Source: Dehalococcoidia bacterium
GTDB lineage: Bacteria; Chloroflexota; Dehalococcoidia; Lucifugimonadales; UBA3495
Assembly: GCA_965197655.1 (NCBI GenBank)
Contig: OZ240220.1
Location: 993,788 to 1,057,787, forward strand
DNA length: 64,000 nucleotides
Reading direction: 5' to 3'
The notes beneath the pieces were generated by a model. The model was not told the DNA's origin. It saw nothing but the letters and a program-made list of their open reading frames with translations, and searched no databases. Shown here piece after piece: positions 18,605 to 27,403 of this stretch. Within the stretch, counting starts at the first letter, position 1. Each line of letters begins with the position of its first letter. The position numbers and the translations under genes are program-made.

Positions 18605-19039
18605 GTTGTAGCACAGTTGGACAATATGCACCCGCAGCAGCACGGGCAAGGGATAGGGACGCCGGCCTCGCTCCGACGGGAAGTAGCAGGGTCGAATGCG
18701 CTCTTCCAGCCGTTGCCAGGGAATCAAGGAGTCCATCCGCTCCAGGAATTCCTCCCGTCGGGTCCGCCTCCGCTTGTGCTGGTAGTCCAGATCGGCAAAG
18801 CTGGGTTGCCCGTTCATCCTCCTACTCCCTGGCCATTATCTTCCTTTCCCCTCACTATCCCATATTCAACCCTTTTATTCAGAGGTTCCCTAAAAGACCC
18901 TGGCCCCCACAGCGCGGTTATAGCATCATGCATGGGAATACCATTAGTTATTGGGAATACCGTTAGACAAGAAAGCGCCCCGGCAAGGGAAATCCGTTGC
19001 CGGGGCGTACCGTTTTACCGGCGCCTGTTTTATAGCGTA

Positions 19040-20719
19040 TTACAAGGAACCGTCGATGCTCACGTTAATTACCGCCGGTTTGCCGCTGCCAATGGCCCGT
19101 TCCAGGGCCGGGCGCAATTCCGTAGGGTCTTCCACGTTTTGGCCGGCTACTCCCATAGCCTGGGCGATTTCCGCCAAGGGCAGGGGCGTGGCGAAATCCA
19201 TCCCAACATACTCGCTGTTTCTTTCCGAGTCTTCCAGCATACCCCGCAGGTAAACGTCCATGTTTACTTTGAGAATGCGGTAGGAGCGGTTGTTGCAGAT
19301 AGCGTAGGTCACCGGAATGTTGTAGCGGGCCGCCGTCCACAATGCCTGCACCGTGTACATTGACGCGCCGTCTCCCACCACCGCTACCACCGGGCGGTCC
19401 GGGTTAGCCAGCTTGATGCCCAGCGCGCCGGGCATGGCCCAGCCGAGAGCGCCGCCCCGGATGCTGTAGAAGCTGCCCGGCGCGTCCGGCTCAATCGCCT
19501 GCAACAGGGCGCCGCGGGAGGTTATGGCTTCGTCGGCGACGATGGCATTGTCCGGCAGGGACTGGGCTAATTCGTACATCATCCGGTCCACCGGCATCGG
19601 GCGGCTGTCCGCCATCCCCTGCATCCGCTGCAGGTAGGCTTCCCTGGCCTGGCGGCGGGCGTTGCCCAGGGTCGCCGCCCTGGTTGCCGCCGCTTCCCGG
19701 GCTGGTGCGGACATATCCTGGTCCAGGGCGTCGGCCAAGTCGGCCAGCCCGGCTTGGGGATCGCAGGGTATGCCTAATTCGGTGGGATACATCTTCTCGA
19801 TTTCCTTGCCGTTACTGTCCAGGTGAATCAGCTTGGTTCCAGGCGACAGAAACGGTTCCGGCACGTACAGGAAGGAGGAAAATACGTTGGTGCCGACGGC
19901 CAACACCACGTCGGCGCCGGCCAGTTGCTGCCGGGTGGCCGAACTGTTCAGGTTCAGCATACCGGCGTACTGGTCATGGTTGGTGGGGAAGTTAACCTCG
20001 GAGTAGGTATAGGAGGTGGCAAACACCTTGGCCCCCACTTGCTCGGCCACTCGCACCAACTCGGCCATTGCGCCGGACTGTCCCACCCGGTCGCCCAGCA
20101 CGATCACCGGGTTTTCCGCCTGGGACAGCAGTTCCGAAGCCCTGGCAACGGCGGCGACATCCGGGCGCATCCTGAAGTAACCCGGCGAAGACGGGACAAT
20201 ATCAACGTCAACCTCTTCGTCCATGGTGTCCCAAGGGAAGGAAAGGAAGACCGGGCCGGTGGGCGGCGTCTTGGCTTCCTTGAAGGCCCTCCGCACCGCC
20301 ATCGGTATATTGGAGGCGTGGGGCACCTCGGCGCTCCACTTGGTGAACTGCTGGGTCATTTCCACCAGATCGCCGGACAAAACCGGCTCGCTGAGCAGCA
20401 TTCGGGTGTCCGAATTGCCGGCGGTCAGTACCAGGGGCGTGCCGCCCCGGTAGGCGTTATACAGGGCGCTGACACCGTTAGCCAACCCGCCGGCGATGTG
20501 AATGTTGGCAAAGGCCGGCTTGCCCGTGGCTCGGGCGTAACCGTCGGCCATGCCGACGGCGGTACCTTCCTGCAACGCCTGCACGTACTTGAGGTTGGGG
20601 TAGTCCTGGAGCACGTCCAAGAAGGGGGTTTCGCTGGTGCCGGGGTTTCCGAAAATGTATTCCAGGCCCTCGGCGGCGAGCATTCGGGCCAGAGCTTCCT
20701 TGCCGGTCATCCTTGCCAT
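19040..20719 (-). CDS. Thiamine-diphosphate-dependent enzyme (benzoylformate decarboxylase / acetolactate synthase family)
   Basis: N-terminal GNPGTSE, central domain, and the ThDP motif GDGASMYTVQALWTAARYNIPVTYAICNN. Confidence 0.8.
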   Translation of the reverse strand: MARMTGKEALARMLAAEGLEYIFGNPGTSETPFLDVLQDYPNLKYVQALQEGTAVGMADGYARATGKPAFANIHIAGGLANGVSALYNAYRGGTPLVLTAGNSDTRMLLSEPVLSGDLVEMTQQFTKWSAEVPHASNIPMAVRRAFKEAKTPPTGPVFLSFPWDTMDEEVDVDIVPSSPGYFRMRPDVAAVARASELLSQAENPVIVLGDRVGQSGAMAELVRVAEQVGAKVFATSYTYSEVNFPTNHDQYAGMLNLNSSATRQQLAGADVVLAVGTNVFSSFLYVPEPFLSPGTKLIHLDSNGKEIEKMYPTELGIPCDPQAGLADLADALDQDMSAPAREAAATRAATLGNARRQAREAYLQRMQGMADSRPMPVDRMMYELAQSLPDNAIVADEAITSRGALLQAIEPDAPGSFYSIRGGALGWAMPGALGIKLANPDRPVVAVVGDGASMYTVQALWTAARYNIPVTYAICNNRSYRILKVNMDVYLRGMLEDSERNSEYVGMDFATPLPLAEIAQAMGVAGQNVEDPTELRPALERAIGSGKPAVINVSIDGSL

Positions 20720-20772
20720 GTGCTTACATCCTTTCTATGGAATTACATCTATTTATGAGTTGCTGTTCCGGG

Positions 20773-20905
20773 CAGGGCTATCGCATTTGGAATCGGGGAA
20801 TCCGTCATTCCTGCGAAGGCAGGAATCTAGTGGCGTCAGGGGCAGAGGTTCCTGCTTTCGCAGGAACGATGGGTTTTCGTTCTTCGGCCTAATGCGATAG
20901 CCCTG
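20773..20905. mobile_element. Family A MITE copy
   Basis: TIR cagggctatcgcat / atgcgatagccctg. Flanks are CTGTTCCGGG / CTGTTCTCGG (8/10). Confidence 0.75.
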
Positions 20906-20925
20906 CTGTTCTCGGTTACTGGTTT

Positions 20926-21333
20926 TTACAGGTAAATCATCCACTCCAACAGGTTCTGGTCCGGGTCACGGGCGTAAAGGCTGACTGCCGGTAGCCCGCC
21001 GCCGGCCCGGGCACCCTTGCGAGGCCCCGGCCCCCGGATAACCTCTACTCCGGCCTCGGCCAGCATCTGCTGGCAGGATTCCGCCGTCCCGTCCCAAACG
21101 AAACAGATGTCGGCGCAGCCCGGCACCGCCGTAGGGCCGCGCAGGGTCGCCTCGTAACCCTCCGGGTGGACGTTTATCTTGGAATCGCCAATTTGGATGG
21201 AGAAAATATTGGCGGTTCCGGCGCGCCAGGCGTCCTCGTCGTTAATGGTAAAGCCCAGCTGCTTGTAAAACTCGATAAGTTTCTCCGCGTTGGCCGTGGG
21301 CATAGCGATGTGGTCAAAGCCGATGGTGGACAT
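20926..21333 (-). CDS. VOC/glyoxalase-family protein
   Basis: MSTIGFDHIAMPT...RDPDQNLLEW. ATG 21333 follows AGGAGA; the longer ORF in the track enters a repeat. Confidence 0.7.
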   Translation of the reverse strand: MSTIGFDHIAMPTANAEKLIEFYKQLGFTINDEDAWRAGTANIFSIQIGDSKINVHPEGYEATLRGPTAVPGCADICFVWDGTAESCQQMLAEAGVEVIRGPGPRKGARAGGGLPAVSLYARDPDQNLLEWMIYL

Positions 21334-21349
21334 TGTGCTCTCCTGTTCC

Positions 21350-21479
21350 CTAAACTCTGGCACCTTCACCCGTCGTTCCTGCGCAGGCAGGAACCTCTTT
21401 CCGCACGATTTAGGTTCCTGCCTGCGCAGGAATGACGGATGGGTTAAACATCACGGTCACGCACCTTTTCAGAGGTTTC
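21350..21479. repeat. Family A double-hairpin core with IS5-type end module
   Basis: aaactctggcaccttcacccgtcgttcctgcgcagg...ggaatgacggatgggttaaacatcacggtcacgcaccttttcagaggtttc fills the whole intergenic gap. Confidence 0.8.
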
Positions 21480-22307
21480 TCAGGTTCCCTGTAGCGCCGT
21501 CACTTCAGCCAGGAACTCCAGCACCAGGTTCCTGGTGCGCGTAGCCTCGTTGCTGAGCAGGCCGTGTTCCGCTCCGGGGATAATGTGCAGTTCGGAAGCG
21601 GCAATTCCCTGATGCAGTTGCCGTCCGCACTCTACGTTGATCCGGCTGTCGGCGGTGCCGTGGACAATCATCGTTGGCATGGTAAGCTCGGACAGGCGGG
21701 ATTCCAGCGAATCCTTGATGTCCAGGTAGCTCTGGATTGTCTTAACTATACCTTCGTATTGCCCCAGGTTTATGTCGCGGAGTTTGGCGAACTCCTGCGG
21801 CTGTGACTCTTTGAGTCCGGGCCAACGGGCGGTCAGTCCTGCTTCGACTGCCGCCTCCCGTCCCCTTGCCGCCCCGGCCTGTTTAATGCCGTCCAACTCC
21901 CGCTGCCGGGTCGCCCGCTCCGATTCCTGAACGTAGGTCATAGTGTTAATCAGCAGCAGGGTTTGGGTCATCTCCGGGTGGTCCAGCGCAAATTGCAGGG
22001 CGATGGGGCCGCCAGCAGAAGAACCTAGAATGTGGGCGCGGGGAACGCCGAGATGCCCCAGCAACTCGTACAGGTCTTGGGCATAGTTGGGGATGGAGTA
22101 ACCGTCATCCGGGGTCTCGGAGCGGCCGGCGGCGCGGCGGTCGTAGGAAATCACCTGGAAATCCGGGGCAAGAACCTCGGCGTGGTGGGCCATCATCTGA
22201 ACGCAGCCTTCGCCGCCGCCCAGCCCGCCGTGAATCATCACCAGCGGCTGCCCTGTGCCGTGTACCTCATAATACATTCGGAAACCGTTAATAGTCGCTT
22301 CTGGCAC
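21480..22307 (-). CDS. Alpha/beta-fold hydrolase
   Basis: HGGLGG oxyanion region, GSSAGG nucleophile elbow and late HG..H. GTG 22307 follows AAGGGGG. Confidence 0.75.
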   Translation of the reverse strand: MPEATINGFRMYYEVHGTGQPLVMIHGGLGGGEGCVQMMAHHAEVLAPDFQVISYDRRAAGRSETPDDGYSIPNYAQDLYELLGHLGVPRAHILGSSAGGPIALQFALDHPEMTQTLLLINTMTYVQESERATRQRELDGIKQAGAARGREAAVEAGLTARWPGLKESQPQEFAKLRDINLGQYEGIVKTIQSYLDIKDSLESRLSELTMPTMIVHGTADSRINVECGRQLHQGIAASELHIIPGAEHGLLSNEATRTRNLVLEFLAEVTALQGT

Positions 22308-22458
22308 GTTTGCCCCCTTTAACTGGTATCCGGTAATCGGCTCCGACCACACGGTAGCCGGGTCCTTCTACCGGCAACTGTCGTACCTATTTGCTTGAAC
22401 TTGTTCCGCTCAGCCCCATATTAGCCCCAACAGTTCACGCTGGCAAGCCGAGGCATAG

Positions 22459-22625
22459 GGAACCTCTGAATAAGTCAACGACATTGCAGCGAAAGCCGAA
22501 ATTTCGGAGGGGAGCTTAGGGGCGTCAGCTATGCAATGCGCGCCGGCACCCCCATCCCCGAATCCAGTTCGGGGCAGGCTCTAACCTTCTCCCGTCGAAG
22601 GGGAAGGGACTTGTTCAGAGGTTCC
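22459..22625. mobile_element. 167-bp MITE derived from the IS5-family element
   Basis: Same termini GGAACCTCTGAAtaagtc ... gacttgTTCAGAGGTTCC. Perfect 4-bp TSD ATAG at 22455-22458 and 22626-22629. No coding capacity. Confidence 0.85.
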
Positions 22626-22675
22626 ATAGGATAATCGGAGCAATGCGGCAGGCGATTCCACAGGTAGCGCATTCC

Positions 22676-22705
22676 TTGACAAATACTTGGCCCAAACCAT
22701 ACAAT
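22676..22705 (+). promoter_or_regulatory. Candidate sigma70-type promoter
   Basis: TTGACA, 18 nt, TACAAT, about 95 nt upstream of the 22801 start. Confidence 0.5.
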
Positions 22706-22800
22706 CCGCCCAATCAGTATCCCCGGAAGTGGGCGCCCCGAATTGGTTTTTACCGGATTTGAAATATCCCATTGCACTATAAGGGATTAGGAGGAATCTG

Positions 22801-23988
22801 ATGTATCAGTGGCCGAAAGTAATCTACAAAGAAGAAGGAATGCGGGAGGGTATGCAGATCGAGGATGCCAGCATATCCGTGGACGACAAGATTGAACTGC
22901 TGGATGCGCTGTCCGAGACCGGTCTGCCCCAGATAGTAGTCGGCTCCTTTGTTAGCCCCAAGTGGACGCCTCAAATGGAGCGAATTGACGAAATCGTGAC
23001 CCGTTTCACCCCCAACCCCGACGTGACCTACACGGCATTGGCCTTGAACTCCCGGGGTGTGGAGCGCGCCCGGGCCTATTCTCCGCCCCTGACCATTGAG
23101 CGGGATCCTTACCCGCGCCTCTCCTGCCATATGTGCGACGTTTTTGTTCGCCGCAACACCAACCGCTCTCAGATGCAGGAGATGGAACGGTGGCCCCAGA
23201 TTATCGCCCAGGCCCAGGAACTCAACATCCGGGAAGCCGGTATCGGCTGCAACGCCAGTTGGGGTTCCAACTTCCTCGGTGAGTTTCCGGTTGACAACCT
23301 GATGACCCTCTTCGAGAAGCAGCACGGTATGTGGGACGAAGTAGGCATCAAGGTGGTCAGCTGCTCCATGGGCGACCCCATGAGCCACTGCACCCCGGCC
23401 AAGGTGGAAGAGAGCATCACCCGGGTCAAGGAACGCTGGCCTGAAATCAGCCACTTCCGGCTGCACCTGCACAACGGCCGCAACATGGCGATCGCCTCGG
23501 CCTATGCCGCTATGCGCACCCTCGGCCCGGATGACACTTTAGAGTTGGACGGCACCATCGGCGGTTACGGCGGCTGCCCTTACTGCGGCAATGGCCGCGC
23601 CACCGGCATGGCCCCCACCGAGGACTTGGTCCACATGATGGAAGACATGGGCGTCAATACCGGCGTGGACATCGACAAGGTAATTGACTGCGTTTGGATG
23701 GCCGAGCGGATTATGGGACGGGAGCTTTTCGGCCACGTCTCCAAGGCCGGCCCCCGGCCCAAGCGGGTCGAGCAGCTCTACGACATGAATATGCCCTTCG
23801 TGGAAACCCTGGCCCAGGCCCGCCACTTCAAGCAAGGCCCCAGTGTGTACGAAGGCGGCATTTACCCCTACGCCGAGCCGATTACCAGTCCCTACCGGGA
23901 GCGGGTGGAAAATGGCCTGCCGGCCTACGACACGGGGACCGGCGATTTCCCCTGGAAGCAGGACTGGTTCCCGGCCAAGGACAACTAA
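22801..23988 (+). CDS. HMG-CoA-lyase-like (DRE-TIM metallolyase) family protein with C-terminal extension
   Basis: EEGMREGMQ...VGSFVSPKW...HLHNGRNMAIASAYAA...GGCPY pattern of HMGL-like/citramalyl-CoA-lyase enzymes. Confidence 0.65.
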   Translation: MYQWPKVIYKEEGMREGMQIEDASISVDDKIELLDALSETGLPQIVVGSFVSPKWTPQMERIDEIVTRFTPNPDVTYTALALNSRGVERARAYSPPLTIERDPYPRLSCHMCDVFVRRNTNRSQMQEMERWPQIIAQAQELNIREAGIGCNASWGSNFLGEFPVDNLMTLFEKQHGMWDEVGIKVVSCSMGDPMSHCTPAKVEESITRVKERWPEISHFRLHLHNGRNMAIASAYAAMRTLGPDDTLELDGTIGGYGGCPYCGNGRATGMAPTEDLVHMMEDMGVNTGVDIDKVIDCVWMAERIMGRELFGHVSKAGPRPKRVEQLYDMNMPFVETLAQARHFKQGPSVYEGGIYPYAEPITSPYRERVENGLPAYDTGTGDFPWKQDWFPAKDN

Positions 23989-24142
23989 ACCTGCCCGTGG
24001 TTTGTTAAAGTGTCAGGTGCGCGGTCCTCAATGCCCGGGCGGCGCACCGACTTTCCGATAAGGGGTGCCGGTGAAATTCAAGTGTAAGGTGTTCCCGGCA
24101 TTAGTGTATAATGGGTTTGAGACTTAACAGGAGGGTGCGCTG

Positions 24143-24364
24143 ATGGCAAAGCAGAAAGCTCGTATCACTGCGTCACGCTCATTCGTGGAAGGGTTGGCCC
24201 GCATTTTCGACCCTTTCTCCAACTTTGACCGCAGGCGTCACCGCAGCTCTTACGGCAAGACCGTAACTGAACAATTCCGAGAGGACTGGGAAACGATCGG
24301 CCGCGATATGAAGACCGCCCTCACCAAGCTTGAGAAGCAAGAAAAGGAAACCTTCGGACGCTAA
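24143..24364 (+). CDS. Hypothetical small basic protein
   Basis: 73-aa ORF preceded by AGGAGGG. No family recognised. Confidence 0.45.
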   Translation: MAKQKARITASRSFVEGLARIFDPFSNFDRRRHRSSYGKTVTEQFREDWETIGRDMKTALTKLEKQEKETFGR

Positions 24365-24821
24365 CGGTTGTATTGTGACGATGGAAGATGGCGCAGCCAG
24401 CAATCTCCCCGAGAATCAGCCTGCCACGTGGCAGGCTGATGTTATTCCTGAAGAGAGCCACACGTTCACCATTTCGGCACAAACATGGATTGGCCCTCTT
24501 CCCGATCCGGTTACGATGGAGCGGTACGAAAGGCTGGCACCCGGCGCAGCCGAGAGATTTCTGGGTATGATGGAAGGCGAGGTAATCCACCGTCAAGTGA
24601 TGGATTACCGGGAATCCAGGCGGCAAGATTGGGGATTAGCCGCCGCATTTATTGTGGTGGTTCTAATCGTAGCTGCCGGCGCCGGGCTGATTTATATGGG
24701 CACGGCTGGGCCGGCGCCGCTGTTATTGGCATCAACGTCGTTGGTCTGGCTGCGGTATTCATTACCGGAGGCATACGCCGGCGCGCCGGTTCGGTACAAT
24801 CTGATAACTCGGATGACCTGA
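24330..24821 (+). CDS. DUF2335-family membrane protein, probably frameshifted near 24700
   Basis: GPLPDPVTMERYERLAPGAAERFLGMMEGEVIHRQ matches DUF2335 as I recall it. The second TM helix (AVIGINVVGLAAVFITGG) lies in the +1 frame, which ends at 24832. Confidence 0.55.
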   Translation: MRSKKRKPSDANGCIVTMEDGAASNLPENQPATWQADVIPEESHTFTISAQTWIGPLPDPVTMERYERLAPGAAERFLGMMEGEVIHRQVMDYRESRRQDWGLAAAFIVVVLIVAAGAGLIYMGTAGPAPLLLASTSLVWLRYSLPEAYAGAPVRYNLITRMT

Positions 24822-24891
24822 TGCACGATTAACCATGCCGTCCGGCTTGGTTTCAGTCCTGCCAGGAATCTACTCACTAGGAGATCGCTGT

Positions 24892-25482
24892 ATGACCACC
24901 AGCCCTACCGACCCTAACCAGGTCCGACTGACCGGAGAAAACTCCTTTATCCGCCTTTCTCAGGATGGGGGCGAAACACAACTCACCCGAACCAGCCACT
25001 GGCGCATCCTCCTATCCCCGGCTGGCCCGGGCCACGTCCTGTTCATCAAGAGCGACGCGACGGACAACGAGGTGCGGATATATGCCGATAACATTGCCTT
25101 GGCCCGTTGGCTTCAAGAGGAAATAGAGTGCCTGCTCTTCCCTGAATTTGCCGCCCGGAACATTCCGGTCACCGACGCGGAGTTTACCAAGTCCGGCGAT
25201 ATCCGTTCCTTCTGGACGGAAAAGGTGACCAGCGACGATGACGAGATAATGTTGACCTGGTACGATTTCCTGGAGCCTTATGTGCTGCGGGTGGAGGCGG
25301 GCAGCGCGCCCGGCCGTCCCCACGGTGTTTACAGTTGTTTCGTCCCGGCCCGCCGGGCCCAACTGACCATCAACGGCAACTTAGTGGAGGGCGAGCCGGC
25401 GCTGGAAATGCGCGGCGACAAACAAAGCAGCAGCGCCTGCATCGCCTGGTCAGAAACCTGGGTGAGGCCGGCAACGTCCTAA
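24892..25482 (+). CDS. Hypothetical protein
   Basis: ATG 24892 follows AGGAG. 196 aa with no recognisable motif. Confidence 0.5.
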   Translation: MTTSPTDPNQVRLTGENSFIRLSQDGGETQLTRTSHWRILLSPAGPGHVLFIKSDATDNEVRIYADNIALARWLQEEIECLLFPEFAARNIPVTDAEFTKSGDIRSFWTEKVTSDDDEIMLTWYDFLEPYVLRVEAGSAPGRPHGVYSCFVPARRAQLTINGNLVEGEPALEMRGDKQSSSACIAWSETWVRPATS

Positions 25483-25611
25483 CGGGCAAATTGCCCGGTT
25501 ACTTGCTTGGTTCATTCTGAAATCGTTGCCGGGCGGACCCCAATCGTTTTCCGGCAAAGGGCCAATCCTACTACCAGGGACCAATTCTACTACCAGGGGG
25601 TAGCAGCAGCT

Positions 25612-26271
25612 ATGACACAACAGGAAATAACCGGCGGTTCCCCGGGAAGGGTTCTTTTCCCGCAGTTCCAGAACGAAATCTATGATATGTACGCCGAAGA
25701 ACTGGAAGGGCTGACCGACGAACAGCTTGATTTCCGGTCGGACCAGTGGGGTTGGAGTGAGTGGAGCATTCGCTACAACGTGAGCCACGTAGCCTCCGGC
25801 GATTTCCGGTGGCTGTTACAGCGATGGGGTGAGAACCTTTTTACCGAGGGCCTGCCCGAAATCGAGGACTGGGAAGGCATCATTGAGTCCCCTTACGACC
25901 GGCGGCTGGACGAAACCAAGTACTGGGAACTGGACTCCATTATGGCGGTGTTCCGCAAGGGCCTGGACTTTGCTTTGTCGGTGCTGGACTCGGAAACGGT
26001 GGACTCGATGCGCAGCAGGGAGTTGAAAAGCAACATCGGCGGCCAATTGCACTGGCTGGAGGCCCATTCTTCCGGTGTGCGACCGGACCTGGAAGACCCG
26101 GCACAGGGTTACATAACCCTGGAAGCCACCTTCCGGCATCGCTATTTCGAGTATATGACCCACCTGTATAACATCCAACGCCTCAAGAAGGCTCAAGGCT
26201 TGCCGGCGCGGGTGGATATTCCCTTCGTTGGTTACCACGCCCTGCCGAGTTGGGACCGGAGCGAACCCTAA
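25612..26271 (+). CDS. DinB-superfamily-like protein (tentative)
   Basis: LTDEQLDFRS...WSIRYNVSHV and C-terminal H-containing helices resemble the DinB_2 four-helix bundle. Start is uncertain. Confidence 0.4.
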   Translation: MTQQEITGGSPGRVLFPQFQNEIYDMYAEELEGLTDEQLDFRSDQWGWSEWSIRYNVSHVASGDFRWLLQRWGENLFTEGLPEIEDWEGIIESPYDRRLDETKYWELDSIMAVFRKGLDFALSVLDSETVDSMRSRELKSNIGGQLHWLEAHSSGVRPDLEDPAQGYITLEATFRHRYFEYMTHLYNIQRLKKAQGLPARVDIPFVGYHALPSWDRSEP

Positions 26272-26305
26272 CAAACCGGCCTGCAATAAGGCACCCTGGT
26301 TACGG

Positions 26306-26439
26306 CAGAGCAATCGCACGTGACGGTGAAGCCCTTCTCCCGTCGTTCCTGCGAAGGCAGGAACCTATGTCCTCAACGTTTTAGGTTCCTGCTTTCGCAG
26401 GAACGACGGATAGCCTCCAATCCAAATGCAATAGCCCTG
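26306..26439. mobile_element. Family A MITE copy with perfect 10-bp TSD
   Basis: TIR cagagcaatcgca / tgcaatagccctg. CTGGTTACGG at 26296-26305 and 26440-26449. Confidence 0.85.
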
Positions 26440-26586
26440 CTGGTTACGGAGCCAGAACAATGGCAAAGTCGGTCATAGCCCCCGACCGCTCGTCCTGAGC
26501 TTGTCGAAGGATCCCCCTATTGAATGCAGCTCTGGTTCGACAAGCTCACCATGAGCGGATTTTATGGGCCAATGCAGTTTTCCCGT

Positions 26587-27336
26587 TTACGGAGCAGGTG
26601 CTTCCAAGTCCGGGAACTGGCTTCGGCGGGCCTCCTTGGCAAAGGCAAACCCCCACACGGAAAGAGCGCCGGTTTCCTTCAAGGCGGCGGCACAGGCGGC
26701 CAGGGTGCTGCCGGTGGTACTCACGTCGTCCACTACAATCAGGGACATTCCCGTGGCATCCGTTGGGCAGGTAAAAACGCCTTCCATATTTTCCACGCGC
26801 TGCTGGCGCCCCGAGGTGCGGGCTTGCGGTGGGGTGTTCCGGGTACGGTAGAGCAGTTTTTCAGCTACCGGCAGCCCGGTTAATTTGCTCACTTCCCGGG
26901 CCAGCAGCCCCGCCTGGTTATAGCCACGCTCCCGCAGCTTGCGGGGGTGCAGCGGCACCGGAACCAGTACGTCGCCGGGGATGGGGTTGGCGGACAGGTA
27001 GTCGGCCAGCAGCCGGCCCAGCAGAGGGGCGGCCACCCGGACATTCCGGTACTTGAACTGGTGAATTGCTTGCCGGGCGGCGCCTTGCATCAGGTACGGG
27101 GCGCGTATCCCCTCTATTATTTGCCCGGAGGAGCGAACCCGCTCCCGGCAGATCCCACTGACCCCCAAATCGGCGCAGATGTCGCAGAATGGCGGTTCCA
27201 GCCGGGGCAAAGCGGCAATGCAGGGAGGACAGAGCAAGCCCCCCTCCTTACCGCAGCCCAGGCATCGCATCGGCAGCAGTAAGTCCAGCGCGGAGCGGGT
27301 TACCTGGTTAAGTACGTTTTTCAGCGTAATCTGCAT
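26587..27336 (-). CDS. comF: ComF-family phosphoribosyltransferase-domain protein
   Basis: N-terminal Cys4 (CLGCG...CPPC), RGYNQA, and PRTase loop VVDDVSTTGST. Confidence 0.8.
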   Translation of the reverse strand: MQITLKNVLNQVTRSALDLLLPMRCLGCGKEGGLLCPPCIAALPRLEPPFCDICADLGVSGICRERVRSSGQIIEGIRAPYLMQGAARQAIHQFKYRNVRVAAPLLGRLLADYLSANPIPGDVLVPVPLHPRKLRERGYNQAGLLAREVSKLTGLPVAEKLLYRTRNTPPQARTSGRQQRVENMEGVFTCPTDATGMSLIVVDDVSTTGSTLAACAAALKETGALSVWGFAFAKEARRSQFPDLEAPAP

Positions 27337-27403
27337 AATTTATTTGAGCGAGGACTAACTCGCCGGCGCTACATTGGAATAACTTTGGAAAACCGGAGGG
27401 TTT

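Larger units (their letters stand above)
17818..18817 (-). pseudogene. IS5/InsH-type DDE transposase split into three frames by two 23-nt insertions
   Basis: Pieces 18817-18605 (71 codons), 18581-17985 (199 codons) and 17961-17818 (47 codons plus stop). Junctions ..QLCYN|LSDPALED.. and ..KASIRAK|VEHPF.. are colinear with E. coli InsH (..HWYN|LSDGAMED.., ..KASIRAR|VEHPF..). Confidence 0.85.
17660..18889 (-). mobile_element. IS5-family (IS5/InsH group) insertion sequence, 1230 bp
   Basis: Terminal IRs GGAACCTCTGAAcaa (17660) and ttaTTCAGAGGTTCC (18889). Flanking tetranucleotides CTAG / CTAA fit the 4-bp YTAR target of IS5. Encodes an InsH-like transposase. Confidence 0.85.

Noticed and set aside
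16875-18889. EVE-domain protein plus IS as a modification-dependent defence locus
   Set aside because: The EVE protein is a stand-alone ~160-aa domain with no nuclease or ATPase partner. The adjacency to the IS appears incidental.
22777-23472. 231-aa minus-strand ORF. Similar shadows at 45924-46814, 29232-30365, 14750-15688, 41535-42221, 5186-6046, 38645-39355, 34387-35157 and 35605-36309
   Set aside because: Each lies opposite a gene with strong family motifs and has low-complexity G/A/R/P-rich translation.
24084-24112. Promoter for the 24143 ORF (gtgTATAAT)
   Set aside because: The -10 box is perfect, but there is no acceptable -35 at 16-18 nt and the TG is misplaced for an extended -10. 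It is too weak to list as a feature.
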